DNA of 64,000 bases from Deinococcus sp. (GTDB taxonomy: Bacteria; Deinococcota; Deinococci; Deinococcales; Deinococcaceae), in assembly GCA_965261005.1 (NCBI GenBank), contig OZ253375.1, positions 352,001 through 416,000 of the forward strand, given 5' to 3'. The position numbers were made by a program, and so were the translations under genes. A model generated the notes under the pieces. The model was given only the letters and a program-made list of their open reading frames with translations, ran no database searches and was not told the origin of the DNA. Below are positions 39,571 to 52,830 of the stretch, in pieces (positions within the stretch are counted from its first letter, which is position 1; each line of letters opens with the position of its first letter).

Positions 39571-41064
39571 TCAATGTCGGAAGTGTCGGGAGCCGGTGAA
39601 GACCATGCTGAGGCCCAATTCGTCGCAGGCGCGGATGACCTCGGCGTCGCGCTTCGCCCCGCCCGGCTGCACGATGGTCCCCACGCCCGCCGCCGCCGCC
39701 GCGCGCACCACGTCGTCAAACGGGAAGAACGCCTCCGAGGCGAGGACGGCGCCCCGCGCCTTTTCGCCCGCGTTCTCTATGGCCCGTTCCGCCGCCCAGA
39801 TGCGGCTGACCGCGCCGCTGCCGAGGCCGACCGTTGCCCCGTTCAAGGCCAGCACGACGCTGTTGCTGCGCGCGTGCTGGCCCACCCGCCACGCAAAGGC
39901 GAGGTCGCGCCACTCGTCCTCGCCCGGCTCCCTCTGCGTCACCACCTCCGGGCACAGCTCGTCCCAGGTGCGGGTATCGCGCTCCTGCGCCAGAAAGCCG
40001 CCGGCGATGGGGCGGTACTCCACCCGCCCGGCCCCTTCCGGCCCCACCGCCAACACGCGGAGGTCGGGCTTCTTGTCCTTCAGCCAGGCCAGCGCCTCGC
40101 CCGTCACCTCCGGCGCGATCACGACCTCCAAAAAGGTGCCGCGCATGGCCCGCGCCGCGCCGAGGTCGAGGGGCCGGTTGAGCGCCACCACCCCGCCGAA
40201 GACGCTGAGGGTGTCGGCGTCCCTTGCGCGCTCCCAGGCGCGCTCTGCCGTCTCGCCCAGGGCCACGCCGCAGGGGTTGCCGTGCTTGACCGCCACGCAG
40301 GCCGTCCCCTCGAATTTCTTCACCAGCGCCCAGGCCGCGTCGGCGTCGGCGTAGTTGTTGAAGCTCATCGGCTTGCCGGAGAGCGGGCGCGCGTCCAGCG
40401 CCGGCCCGCGCGCCCCGTTCAAGCGGTACACCGCCCCAGCTTGGTGCGGGTTCTCGCCGTAGCGCAGCTCCGCTACGCGCTCCAGCGGCAAGTTGACCCG
40501 CCCCGGCAAGGTCTCCGTCTCCAAGTAATTCGTGATGGCCGCGTCGTAGGCGGCCGTGTGCGCGAAGGCTTTGGCGGCCAACTTCTGGCGCTCTTCCAAG
40601 CTCAGCTCACCCGAGAGCGCCTTTTCGTAATCGGCCGGGTTCACCAGCACGATCACCCCGGGGAAGTTCTTGGCCGCCGCCCGCAGCATGGCCGGCCCGC
40701 CGATGTCTAGATTTTCGAGCGCTTCTTGCAGGTCCGCCCCGCCCGCCACCGCCTCCCGGAAGGGGTAGAGGTTGACGCAGACCAGGTCAATCGGCGTGAT
40801 CCCGTGGGCGTCCAGCTCGGCGAGGTGCCCCGCCTCGCGCCGCGCCAGAATGCCCCCGTGAATGGCCGGGTGCAGCGTCTTGACCCGCCCCGCCAGAATC
40901 TCCGGAAAGCCGGTCACGTCGCTCACCTGGGTGACCGCCACCCCCGCCGCCCGCAATACCCCAAAGGTGCCCCCGGTCGAGATGATCTCCCAGCCACGCG
41001 CCGTCAGTTCCCGCGCGAACTCGGCGATTCCGGTCTTGTCGCTCACCGACAACAGTGCCCGCAT
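39571..41064 (-). CDS. purH: Bifunctional AICAR transformylase/IMP cyclohydrolase
   Basis: [51 protein letters not shown]. Confidence 0.96.
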   Translation of the reverse strand: MRALLSVSDKTGIAEFARELTARGWEIISTGGTFGVLRAAGVAVTQVSDVTGFPEILAGRVKTLHPAIHGGILARREAGHLAELDAHGITPIDLVCVNLYPFREAVAGGADLQEALENLDIGGPAMLRAAAKNFPGVIVLVNPADYEKALSGELSLEERQKLAAKAFAHTAAYDAAITNYLETETLPGRVNLPLERVAELRYGENPHQAGAVYRLNGARGPALDARPLSGKPMSFNNYADADAAWALVKKFEGTACVAVKHGNPCGVALGETAERAWERARDADTLSVFGGVVALNRPLDLGAARAMRGTFLEVVIAPEVTGEALAWLKDKKPDLRVLAVGPEGAGRVEYRPIAGGFLAQERDTRTWDELCPEVVTQREPGEDEWRDLAFAWRVGQHARSNSVVLALNGATVGLGSGAVSRIWAAERAIENAGEKARGAVLASEAFFPFDDVVRAAAAAGVGTIVQPGGAKRDAEVIRACDELGLSMVFTGSRHFRH

Positions 41065-41106
41065 GTCTCCTCCCAAAGCGCGGGGACCGACCCTCCGTGG
41101 TCCCCG

Positions 41107-41210
41107 GCCCAGGCGAGCGGCCCCTGAGTTTCTCGCGGCTCCCCGGTGGTCGCCCACCTTTTCGCCGCCGAAAGATGTTCTCTCGGCAACGTTTCGCCAG
41201 TCACCGCAAC
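41107..41210 (-). promoter_or_regulatory. ZMP/ZTP (pfl) riboswitch
   Basis: GTGACTGGCGAAAC...AGGTGGGCGACCACCGGGGAGC...GCCGCTCGCCTGGGC directly upstream of purH-folD. Confidence 0.88.
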
Positions 41211-41311
41211 GGCTGAGTCTAGCAAACTGGGCGGCCGTCTTCGCTATAGTTGCACTCACTTCAACATTTCCCCCTCAACATCTCTCATTCAACAGTTCTC
41301 AGGAGGACGCC

Positions 41312-43936
<2,625 letters not shown>

Positions 43937-43937
43937 A

Positions 43938-45233
43938 GTGGACTTGCGGCGGCAGATGCGTCCCGTACTCACGAGGAAGCCCCTAGAATGAGTCATGTCT
44001 GAGTATGAAGAGCGCGAGCAAGGCCAGCAAAGGGCAGCCGCAGCGCCGCAGATCACCTACGTGCCCCCCCTGCCGGTTCCGGATCAGGCCGCCATCCAGC
44101 TTGAGCTGCAACAGCGCGCATTACAGCGCTACCAGCAGTTTTTTGACATACAAGCCGTCGCCCAACGTTCGAGCGCCGCCCCGGTTCTCGAAGCTGCCCA
44201 GGTGCAACGTAGCTTTGCCTTGCAGCGCCAGCAATCGCAGTTGGCTTTGCAACGTCAGATCGAGGCGCTGAGCGAGGGGCTGCCTCCCGATGTCCTACAA
44301 GCGGCGCTACAACGTCAGGCCGAGCAAGCTGGGGTACCGGCGTTGCCCCCCGTCTTTAGCGGTCCCACGAGGTCACAGCCTTCCTACGCCGACCACGCCC
44401 AGCGCTATGCCCATGAAGCCGTTGCCTTGCAGCGCCAAGCGGACCAGCACAGCGGCTTCGTGTCCATGTCCGCCTGGCCGAACATTCAGCAGCGCGCGGC
44501 CCAGGACTTGGTCCAGCGCTTTCGTCAAGATACTTCCCCTGCTATGCAACGCTACGCCGAGTTGGGGCAGAGCTTAGCCCTGGTGCAACGCCAGCCGCAA
44601 GGGAAGCAGGTGGCGCGGGTGGTGCTGCAACGCCTGCCCGCCGGAGAACGGCCCATGGTGCAGAGAGCGCTGGACGAGGCGGAACAAGAGCATCAGCAGT
44701 TCCAAGCGCAAGATCAGAAAGCGTTGGAACGGCACACCTTGCAACGAAAGCTGACAGAGGAAGACGCCCTTGCTCCCCAAGCGATGCCACGCGGCAACGG
44801 TCAAGCCCTGCCTCTCGCGGTGCAGCGGCGGTTGGCAGTGGGGCTGAACATCCCCGGTGAGCACTTGCAAAGCGTCAGAGTCCATGTCGACTCCAGCGCC
44901 CATAGCTTTGCCAAGTCGGTTCAAGCCATCGCGGCGACGGTCGGAACGCACATCTTCTTTCAGCAGGGCAAGCTGGACACCGAGAGCGCCGAGGGCCAAG
45001 AGCTGCTGGCGCACGAGGTCACGCATACTTGGCAGCAAAGCCAGGGGAAGGTGCAGGGAGGCGGCATTGATCCCGACCCCGGCTTGGAGCAGGAGGCGCG
45101 GGACGCGGGCAAGACGTTCGCTCGGCAAGCCAGAACGCCCGAGTTCCTGGCGCGTTTTGAGCGGAAAAGACAAAGCGTGGAGGCGCGCTTTCAAGCCGGA
45201 CTCCACACGCCTGAAACCGTGCAACGTCTGGCC
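43938..45233 (+). repeat. Second copy of shared effector promoter/N-terminus
   Basis: Inverted relative to 8923..10212. Confidence 0.85.
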
Positions 45234-47372
45234 GAACCGCAAGCTTCGGACCTCAAGCGCGGCGAAGCTTGGGAACGAAGCTTCACGGGCAGCAAGGGTG
45301 GCGTCACCTTTCACCTCAAGCTCTACCGCTATCCCGACGGCCGCCTCGCCGGCACGTACCACGTCGAGGGCGGCAGCGGGCAACGCTGGCACCTTTCGGG
45401 CAGCGTGCGCGAGGACGGCCGCTTCAAGCTGTGGGGCGACCAGAACAGCGCCGTGTTCGAGGGCCGCTACGGTTCGGACAACCAATTGTACGTGGACGAC
45501 TTTCACTTGGGAAACGGCCAGAGCTACCGGGTACAGGGCCTCGATCTGCGCCCCGTTGAATTGTCGGGGGCAGGGCCAGCCCAGACGGCCACCAGCAAAA
45601 CGCCGCTCATCAAGGGTGCCGACGACCGGGCGACCCAGCCCAAGGCGGACGGTCAGGCGTGGGGCGAGCGCAAGCACTTCAGCTGCATGGACGATCAAGA
45701 GACGCGCTTCGAGCTGGACTTGGACCGCGATGAGCGCGGCTTGCTGACCGGGGGCTACCGGGTGAACGGGGGGCAGGACTGGGGGCTGCGCGGGGTGCTG
45801 TACGCCGACGGTCACTTCGAGGTGCGCGCGCAGAACGGAGCCAGCTTTCAGGGCCAAGCGGAGCAAAGCGGCGGGCAGCTGACCTTGCGGGCGCATTTCG
45901 AGCACGACAAGACGGGGTACAAGGGGGAAGTGCGGCTGGAACAGACGGCGGCGCCCAAGCGAGAACGCCGAGCGCTGCCGGACTCGAAAACGCTCCAGAC
46001 GGGGCTGAAGAACGGCCAACCCCAAGCGGAGCGTTCCTCGTGGGAGGACACCATCACGTCCGAGCAGCGCGCCAAGCTGCCGGCCTTGCAAGAGGCGCAC
46101 TTCCTGGAGGCGCTGAGCGCCATGTGTGGGCGTCTCGGCGTGCCACGGGACGAATTGCTGGCGGTGATGACGTTTGAATCGGCGGACTGGCGCCGGGGAA
46201 CGCTCGGCCTCGATCCGAAGGCGGACAACGGCAGCCACGCGGGGTTAATTCAGTTCGGGCAAGATTTTACAAAGGGGGTAAGGTCTTACGGAGTCGAAGA
46301 CTATAGGGACTTCACAAACCTCTCTGCCATCCAACAGCTCAAGTTTGTCGAGCTGTACCTGGAGAAGCACGGCGTCCGCGAGGCCGTCGAGTTGGCACGG
46401 AAAGAGAACCGTCAGATCAGCTTGGAGGAGCTGTACCTGAGCGTTCTGGGCGGCAACGCGCGAAAGGGGCGGCAGCCCGTTTGGGCCGAAAGTGGCAACG
46501 CCAACTACTTGAGCAACGCGCACCTGGACAACAACCGCGACCAGCAGATCACGCCAACCGAGGCGGCGGACGCCGTACGGCTCCACTGGCGAGACGTGTA
46601 CGGCAACAACCTGGACGAACGCAGCACCCACATTGAGCGCGAATACTACACCCAGAACGGCAAGCAAAGATGGCGTGTCAAGGATCATGGAGAGGAGGTC
46701 TTCTCCAGTCTGCTGAACATTGACCCTTCGCTCCAACAACAAGTCGCTTTGAAAGAAAACCAAACAGAGCAGGAATCGCCGAAGAGTGGCCGTTTGAAAA
46801 GTCTGACCCGCAAGGAATTTACTGCGATAAATGCACAAGGTATGAAAGCGCGCGGGCAGGAAATAGGTAGTCTAGACGGTGTCGTGGGATACTTCAACGC
46901 CAATGATGGTGGACATGATAGTGATCGGTGGTACTCGAAGCCTAAAGCTGACGGAAGCAAATATTACTACGGTTTGCGGTGGCAATGTGTGGAGTACATA
47001 CGACGATACTATTATGATGTACTTGGGCATGAGATACATGCTTTGGGCAACGCGATGAACTACTTCGATAGAGGTTTGTCGGAGGGGGCAATGAATAGTG
47101 AAAGGGGGCTTGTGCAATACAAGAACGGCGGAGAGGAAAAGCCGCAGTATCGGGATATTATTGTCTGGGGACCGAACCCTGCTAGCAAAGTCGGACATGT
47201 AGGAATCGTGGCTTCTGTTTCGGAAAACGAGTTGGTAATTGCTCAACAGAATGCTGGACGATTTTCAAGGAGCGTCTCATTAAAGAAAGCGACTGAAAAA
47301 GGTAAAACTTACTGGCGATTGTACGGCGGTCCAGTTGATGATGCTATTCTAGGTTGGCTTAGAAGCAAGTAA
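43995..47372 (+). CDS. DUF4157 polymorphic effector with lytic transglycosylase-like and CHAP domains
   Basis: QR-rich N-terminus, LLAHEVTHTWQQ; LLAVMTFES..GLIQF (SLT-like); DNNRDQQITPTE EF-hand-like loop; WQCVEYIRRYY, GNA, GHVGIV, AQQN (CHAP). Confidence 0.8.
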   Translation: MSEYEEREQGQQRAAAAPQITYVPPLPVPDQAAIQLELQQRALQRYQQFFDIQAVAQRSSAAPVLEAAQVQRSFALQRQQSQLALQRQIEALSEGLPPDVLQAALQRQAEQAGVPALPPVFSGPTRSQPSYADHAQRYAHEAVALQRQADQHSGFVSMSAWPNIQQRAAQDLVQRFRQDTSPAMQRYAELGQSLALVQRQPQGKQVARVVLQRLPAGERPMVQRALDEAEQEHQQFQAQDQKALERHTLQRKLTEEDALAPQAMPRGNGQALPLAVQRRLAVGLNIPGEHLQSVRVHVDSSAHSFAKSVQAIAATVGTHIFFQQGKLDTESAEGQELLAHEVTHTWQQSQGKVQGGGIDPDPGLEQEARDAGKTFARQARTPEFLARFERKRQSVEARFQAGLHTPETVQRLAEPQASDLKRGEAWERSFTGSKGGVTFHLKLYRYPDGRLAGTYHVEGGSGQRWHLSGSVREDGRFKLWGDQNSAVFEGRYGSDNQLYVDDFHLGNGQSYRVQGLDLRPVELSGAGPAQTATSKTPLIKGADDRATQPKADGQAWGERKHFSCMDDQETRFELDLDRDERGLLTGGYRVNGGQDWGLRGVLYADGHFEVRAQNGASFQGQAEQSGGQLTLRAHFEHDKTGYKGEVRLEQTAAPKRERRALPDSKTLQTGLKNGQPQAERSSWEDTITSEQRAKLPALQEAHFLEALSAMCGRLGVPRDELLAVMTFESADWRRGTLGLDPKADNGSHAGLIQFGQDFTKGVRSYGVEDYRDFTNLSAIQQLKFVELYLEKHGVREAVELARKENRQISLEELYLSVLGGNARKGRQPVWAESGNANYLSNAHLDNNRDQQITPTEAADAVRLHWRDVYGNNLDERSTHIEREYYTQNGKQRWRVKDHGEEVFSSLLNIDPSLQQQVALKENQTEQESPKSGRLKSLTRKEFTAINAQGMKARGQEIGSLDGVVGYFNANDGGHDSDRWYSKPKADGSKYYYGLRWQCVEYIRRYYYDVLGHEIHALGNAMNYFDRGLSEGAMNSERGLVQYKNGGEEKPQYRDIIVWGPNPASKVGHVGIVASVSENELVIAQQNAGRFSRSVSLKKATEKGKTYWRLYGGPVDDAILGWLRSK

Positions 47373-47373
47373 T

Positions 47374-47919
47374 ATGACTCGATTATTCTTGGGATTAATG
47401 ATTTACGCTGCGATTTCATCTAGCGCTAAACAAGGAGAGGGATTTGTATGGCTCCCAACTTTCGAAAAAAACTCCCTGTGTAAGACTTACGTCTGTAAAC
47501 TGAAAAAAACTTTCAGATTTTCTTCTAATCATATTGAGTATACTTATAAAGTTTATGGATATAGAAATAGGGTAGACAGTTTGTTTATTGAGAATGTCAA
47601 TGGCAGTATTACTCATGCACATATATATTTGGGGCAGGGAAGTTTAGAGAAGGGTCCATACGTTGATTTTGATGTAATCAAAAAATTTTTTATATCTTTA
47701 GTAGGAAAGGTAAATGAAAATAAATTAATAACAGATATTCAGAATTGCGCGGGGAGTGTAGATGATAAGTCTGCTGATTATTTTGAAATGGATAAATTGA
47801 CAGTTAATGGCATTAAAGTATCGCTTTACTGTCACAGCAACCCGGACGCCTCGCTCGACCCGAAGAAGGGCGAGTTGGCTTATGGTGTCATCCTCAGCTC
47901 GGAGTTTCCGCCTCGGTAG
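47374..47919 (+). CDS. AT-rich secreted protein, putative immunity protein
   Basis: Starts 1 nt after effector stop; signal peptide MTRLFLGLMIYAAISSSA; four Cys. Confidence 0.6.
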   Translation: MTRLFLGLMIYAAISSSAKQGEGFVWLPTFEKNSLCKTYVCKLKKTFRFSSNHIEYTYKVYGYRNRVDSLFIENVNGSITHAHIYLGQGSLEKGPYVDFDVIKKFFISLVGKVNENKLITDIQNCAGSVDDKSADYFEMDKLTVNGIKVSLYCHSNPDASLDPKKGELAYGVILSSEFPPR

Positions 47920-48052
47920 CGTTCCCGCAATCTGGCTATCCCTTGAGAAGCGCGCAGCATCCCGCGCGGTGGAGGGACGAAGTGAGGATGACGTGCCCTC
48001 CCAAGTCACCCCCATTCCCTTCGCCTCTCCCTCTTCATGCTAGCTTCACCGC

Positions 48053-48538
48053 ATGGTGCTTCTCGAAGAAACCCAACTGCCCGGCGTGGGCGTGCGGCAC
48101 GACTTTCAGACCAGATATGGCAAGCGCGTGGGCGTGGTCACGCACCGCGACGGGCGCCGCGAGATCTACTCCGCCCGCGCCGACGACCCCGACGCCTGCG
48201 CCCTCAGCCTTACCCTGACCGAGGAGGAGGCCGAGGCGGTCGCGGACCTGCTGGGCGGCAGCACCATCACCCGGCGCCTGGAGCGTTTGCCGCAGGAGGT
48301 GGAGGGTCTGGCGATGGACTGGCTGCCCATTCCGCCGGGTTCGCCCGCCGCAGGTCACGCGTTGGGCGACACCCAACTGCGCCACCGCACCGGCGCCTCC
48401 ATCGTCGCCGTGATGCGCGGCGGGCGGGCTTTTCCGGCGCCCGACCCGCAGTTCGGCCTTGAGGCGGGCGACCTGGCCGTGGTGGTCGGCACCCCGGACG
48501 GCGTGCTGGCCGCCTCGCGTTTGCTGAGCGGCGCTTAA
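48053..48538 (+). CDS. K+/H+ antiporter regulatory subunit (KhtT-like, TrkA-C/RCK)
   Basis: LPGVGVR, GRREIY, TGASIVAV.R, GD..VVVG. Confidence 0.85.
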   Translation: MVLLEETQLPGVGVRHDFQTRYGKRVGVVTHRDGRREIYSARADDPDACALSLTLTEEEAEAVADLLGGSTITRRLERLPQEVEGLAMDWLPIPPGSPAAGHALGDTQLRHRTGASIVAVMRGGRAFPAPDPQFGLEAGDLAVVVGTPDGVLAASRLLSGA

Positions 48539-48541
48539 GCC

Positions 48542-49738
48542 TTGGACCTCGGGCGCATCTTCTTGGAGCTGGGCGCGGTGATTCTCGCGCTCGCTGTTGT
48601 CGGCCGCGCCGCCGGCCGCATCGGCGTCACGCCGATTCCCCTTTACCTGATCGCGGGCGTCTCCTTTGGGGCGCTGTTTCACCTGGGGGGCGGCGCCGAG
48701 GACTTCGTCCACGTCGGCGCCGAGATCGGCGCGGTGCTGCTCTTGTTCGTGCTGGGCCTGGAGTACACCTCCGAGGAGCTGCGCGGCAATTTGCGGGCCA
48801 ATGCCCGGGTTGGGTTGCTCGATCTGGCGCTCAACTTCACCCCGGGTCTACTCGCCGGTCTGCTGCTGGGCTTCACGCCGCTGGGCGCGGTCTTGCTCGG
48901 TGGCGTGACCTACCTGACCTCCTCGGGCATCGCGTCCAAGGTGCTCTCGGACCTCGGTCGGCTGGGCAACCGCGAGACGCCCATCGTGCTGGCGGTCTGC
49001 GTGCTGGAGGACATGGCGATGGCCATCTACCTGCCGGTGGTCGCCTCGCTGCTGGTGGGCGGCGGGCTGATCGCGACCGGCGTGAACGTCGGCGTGGCGC
49101 TGCTGGCCTTTGCCGCCGCCTTCGCGTCGGCCATGCGCTTCGGGCCGGCCCTCAGCCGCCTGATCAACGTGCGCTCCAACGAGGCGCTGCTGCTGAGCGT
49201 GTTTGGCTTGGTGCTGCTGGTGGCGGGCGCCGCCGATCTCTTGCGGGTGTCGGCGGCCATCGGAGCCTTTTTGGTGGGCATCGCCTTGTCGGGCGAGGTG
49301 GCCGAGCGCGCCCGGAACCTGATCGAGCCGCTGCGCGATTTGTTCGCCGCGATCTTCTTCGTCTTTTTCGGCCTTCAGCTCGACCTCGGCGCGGTGCCGG
49401 GGGTGCTGCTGCCGGCCGCGCTGCTGGCTTTTCTCACCACCCTGACCAAGCTGCTGACCGGCTGGATCGGGGCGGGCCGCCTCGGCGCGCGGGCGCGCGG
49501 GCGCTTCCGCGCCGGGGCCACGCTGGTTGCTCGCGGTGAGTTCAGCGTCCTGATCGCGGGCCTGGCCGTCACGGCCGGCCTCGCGCCGGGCCTCGGGCCG
49601 CTGGCGGCGGTCTACGTGTTGCTCACCGCCGTCGCCGGGCCGCTGCTCGCGCGGCTGGACGGCGCGCTCGCCCCGCTGCTGTCCCGGCTGGACCGCCCGG
49701 TCGCGACCCCCGAACCCAGCCTCACCCGTGGTCGATGA
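48542..49738 (+). CDS. Cation:proton antiporter (CPA2, KhtU-like)
   Basis: Many TM helices; LLFVLGLEY, LGRLGNRET, VLED, RGEFS. Confidence 0.88.
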   Translation: MDLGRIFLELGAVILALAVVGRAAGRIGVTPIPLYLIAGVSFGALFHLGGGAEDFVHVGAEIGAVLLLFVLGLEYTSEELRGNLRANARVGLLDLALNFTPGLLAGLLLGFTPLGAVLLGGVTYLTSSGIASKVLSDLGRLGNRETPIVLAVCVLEDMAMAIYLPVVASLLVGGGLIATGVNVGVALLAFAAAFASAMRFGPALSRLINVRSNEALLLSVFGLVLLVAGAADLLRVSAAIGAFLVGIALSGEVAERARNLIEPLRDLFAAIFFVFFGLQLDLGAVPGVLLPAALLAFLTTLTKLLTGWIGAGRLGARARGRFRAGATLVARGEFSVLIAGLAVTAGLAPGLGPLAAVYVLLTAVAGPLLARLDGALAPLLSRLDRPVATPEPSLTRGR

Positions 49739-50126
49739 CCTTGTGCTGTTTCTCGAAACGCACCATCAGGACGCCCGCGCGCAGTTGGGCGTCGCCGCCC
49801 GGCGCCACCTCGCCGGGCAAACGCAGGGTGCGCTGAAAGTGTCCCTGTGGACGTTCGGCCGACAAGACGCTGCCGCCCAACTCCAGCGGCGCGCGGACCC
49901 CCCGGACCGTCAGCGATCCCTCGCCCCACGCCAGCTCCAGATGGTCGCGGTCCACGCCGGGCAAATCCATCACCAGCAGCAGCTCGCCGTCGGTTTCCAA
50001 CCAGTCGGCGCACGGCACCCACGCGGGGGCGCCGGCCAAGGACTCGACCTCTTGGCGGAGTTGCATCAGCGTGTTGAGCCGGTCGCGCAGCGCTTCCGAG
50101 GTCTGGGGGTGCGAGGTCTGGCTCAT
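49722..50126 (-). CDS. Hsp20/alpha-crystallin small heat shock protein
   Basis: DLPGV, LTVRG.R, ERPQGHFQR...LP, GVL. Confidence 0.85.
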   Translation of the reverse strand: MSQTSHPQTSEALRDRLNTLMQLRQEVESLAGAPAWVPCADWLETDGELLLVMDLPGVDRDHLELAWGEGSLTVRGVRAPLELGGSVLSAERPQGHFQRTLRLPGEVAPGGDAQLRAGVLMVRFEKQHKVIDHG

Positions 50127-50200
50127 GCAAAACGCTCGGCGGTCTGGGCGAGAAACGGGGTCATGTCCCCACGTTACCGCGCCCACGGGTGGCCCCGCCT

Positions 50201-51121
50201 GTGAGCCAATTCGCAAAGGGGGCCGTTCCCGTGCTCAGCGCGCCCACGGCCTCGGGAAAAACCGCGCTGGCCCTTCAGTTGGGCGCGCGCTTTCCCTTGG
50301 AGGTGGTGTCCGCCGACGCCTTTTTGGTGTACCGCCACCTCGACGTCGGCACCGCCAAGCCCACCCCGGAGGAGCGCGCCAAGGTCGCGCACCACGTCGT
50401 GGACGTGCGCGAGCCGTGGGAAAGCTACGACGTGGCCCAGTACGTGCGCGACGCCGAGGCGGCCATTCTCGACATTCTGGCGCGCGGCCGGCTGCCGCTG
50501 GTGGTGGGCGGCAGCGGCTTTTACCTGTCCGCCCTGATGGGGGGCCTGCCCACCACCCCGCGCGCCGATCCGCACACCCAGCGCGAAATCGAGGCCGAGT
50601 TGGCGGAGCGCGGCCTGGACGCCCTGCTCGCGCAGATCGCCGCCGTCCGCCCCGAGGAGGTTTCCCGGCTTCAGCGCAACCCGCGCCGGGTGGTGCGCGC
50701 CCTCGAAATCTATCGCCGCACCGGGCGTTTTCCCTCACAATTCCCGCGCACGCCGCCGCGCTTTCAGTACGCCCTCACCGCCTACGCCCCGCCGCCGGAG
50801 GTGCTGGAGGCCCGCATCGCCGCGCGGGTGGACGCCATGTTCGCGGCCGGCCTAGCAGAGGAGGTGCGCGGGGTGCTGGCCTGGCTGGCCGGGCGGAACG
50901 GCCCCGCCCTCCAAGCCATCGGCTACAAGCAGGTGGTGGCCCACCTGGCCGGCGAGCTGAGCTTGCAGCAGGCGAGGCAGGACGTCGTGCGCGCCACGGG
51001 GGCTTACGCCAAGCGCCAGCTGACCTGGCTGAGAACCCAGCTGCGCGCCGACCTGTTGCTAGGGGAGATGGGGGCGGAGCGCGCGCTCCACGCGGCTTTG
51101 CAATCGGCCTTACGGCCCTGA
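50201..51121 (+). CDS. miaA: tRNA dimethylallyltransferase
   Basis: PTASGKT, DVGTAKP, VGGSGFY, RRVVRALE, QAIGYKQ, YAKRQLTW. Confidence 0.95.
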   Translation: MSQFAKGAVPVLSAPTASGKTALALQLGARFPLEVVSADAFLVYRHLDVGTAKPTPEERAKVAHHVVDVREPWESYDVAQYVRDAEAAILDILARGRLPLVVGGSGFYLSALMGGLPTTPRADPHTQREIEAELAERGLDALLAQIAAVRPEEVSRLQRNPRRVVRALEIYRRTGRFPSQFPRTPPRFQYALTAYAPPPEVLEARIAARVDAMFAAGLAEEVRGVLAWLAGRNGPALQAIGYKQVVAHLAGELSLQQARQDVVRATGAYAKRQLTWLRTQLRADLLLGEMGAERALHAALQSALRP

Positions 51122-51619
51122 GACGACGGCCAAGCTCACCGGCGCCACGCCCGCGCTCAGCATGCCCAGCGCCCGCGCGGCCGGCAGCGACAGGTCGATC
51201 ACCCGCTCCGGCCGCCCGAAGGGTCCCCGGTCGTTGATCTTGACCAGCACGCTGGGACCGCCCAGCCGGGTCACGCGTACCCAGCTGCCCAGCTTGAGCG
51301 TCAGGTGCGCCGCCGTCATGGCGGTCTCGGGGTCCGGCCGGCCGGCGTAATACACGGCCATCCCGCTTTGAACGGCGCCCGGGGTGGCGCCCGCCCCCAC
51401 CTCCCCGAAGACCAGCACTTGCCCAATGCTGAGCTGATCGCTCGGCAGGCGGTTGAGTTGCCGCAACTGCGCCACGCTCAGCCCGTGCCGCTTCGCGAGG
51501 GACCAGGCCGTGTCGCCGCCCCGCACCACGTAGCCCGCCGCGCTCGCGCCGCCGCTCAGCAGGGCGGCCAGCCACAGCGCCACCGAACACAGCGCCTTGA
51601 CCAGCGCCCTCACCTTCAC
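51110..51619 (-). CDS. LysM + RlpA (DPBB) protein
   Basis: Signal peptide; [10 protein letters not shown] LysM; TAAH, INDRGPF, IDLS. Confidence 0.88.
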   Translation of the reverse strand: MKVRALVKALCSVALWLAALLSGGASAAGYVVRGGDTAWSLAKRHGLSVAQLRQLNRLPSDQLSIGQVLVFGEVGAGATPGAVQSGMAVYYAGRPDPETAMTAAHLTLKLGSWVRVTRLGGPSVLVKINDRGPFGRPERVIDLSLPAARALGMLSAGVAPVSLAVVSGP

Positions 51620-52674
51620 AGCCGCGCTTTCGGCGAGCGCGACAACACCTCGTGCCCGTCCCCCGTCACCAGCACCAGATCCTCGACGCGCACGCCGCCG
51701 ACGCCCGGCAGGTACACGCCCGGCTCGACCGTCACGACCATGCCGCTTGCCAGCACCGCCGCGCTGCTGGCGCCGAGTCCCGGCCCCTCGTGGACCGCCA
51801 GGCCGACGCCGTGTCCGAGGGAGTGAGAGAAGTACTGGGCCAAGTCGTGGCGCGCCAAGATGTCGCGGGCCAGGGCGTCGAGGTCGGCCGCCCGCACGCC
51901 CGGTCCAACCGCCGCGACGGCCGCCTCCTCGGCCTCCAGCACCGCCCGGTACAGCCGCCGCAGTTCCCCCGGCACCTCGCCCACCGCCAGCGTGCGGGTC
52001 ATGTCGCTGTGGTAGCCGCGAAAGCGCGCCCCCATGTCCACCGTCACCAACTCACCGTCCCCGATGGTCTTGTCCGAGGCGACGCCGTGCGGCATGGCCC
52101 CGCGCTTTCCCGAGGCCACAATGGTCGCGAAGGCGACGTCCTCGGCGCCGCGCCGCCGCATCGCGACCTCCAAATCGAGGGCCACGTCGCGCTCGCGCCG
52201 GCCGGTCACAATGGTCGGCAGCACCTCGGCGTAGGCCTCGTCGGCGATTCGCTGGGCCTCACGAATGGCCCCGATCTCCTCGGCGTTTTTGACGGTGCGC
52301 GCCCCGTCGAGCAGGCCGCTGGTCGCCCCCAGCTCACCCTCCACGGCCCCGCGCAGCTGATCCAGGGCCGCCACCGTCAAGTGGTCCGCCTCGAAGCCGA
52401 GCCGCCCGCCGCCGACTTGCCGCGCCACATCGGCGTACATCTCGCGCTCGGCTTGGTCGCGCGGCGGCTGGCCGATCACCACGGCGATCCTCGCCTCCTC
52501 GCGGGCCTGCACGCTGTAGCGCGCGTCGGTGTACAGGGTCGCGCCCTCCTCGGTCAGCAGCACCCGCCCGTCCTCGGGACTCGAAAAGCCGCTCAGGTAA
52601 CGCACATTCTCGGGCCGCGTGACCCACAGGGCGTCCAGGCCCGCCTCCGCCAACAGCCGCTCTGCACTCCACAT
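51616..52674 (-). CDS. Xaa-Pro aminopeptidase (M24)
   Basis: [42 protein letters not shown]. Confidence 0.9.
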   Translation of the reverse strand: MWSAERLLAEAGLDALWVTRPENVRYLSGFSSPEDGRVLLTEEGATLYTDARYSVQAREEARIAVVIGQPPRDQAEREMYADVARQVGGGRLGFEADHLTVAALDQLRGAVEGELGATSGLLDGARTVKNAEEIGAIREAQRIADEAYAEVLPTIVTGRRERDVALDLEVAMRRRGAEDVAFATIVASGKRGAMPHGVASDKTIGDGELVTVDMGARFRGYHSDMTRTLAVGEVPGELRRLYRAVLEAEEAAVAAVGPGVRAADLDALARDILARHDLAQYFSHSLGHGVGLAVHEGPGLGASSAAVLASGMVVTVEPGVYLPGVGGVRVEDLVLVTGDGHEVLSRSPKARL

Positions 52675-52830
52675 GCGGCCGAGCATAACATGAGAAGCGG
52701 ACGCTGGGCGGCGAGATTTGCCAAACCACCGTTTTCACCAAACCCCGCGCCCCGCATAGAATATATATAAAGGGATTCTGCCCTGCTTTCAGGACGCCCC
52801 GCTTCCCCTTCGGGCCTTTGCGGTTACACC

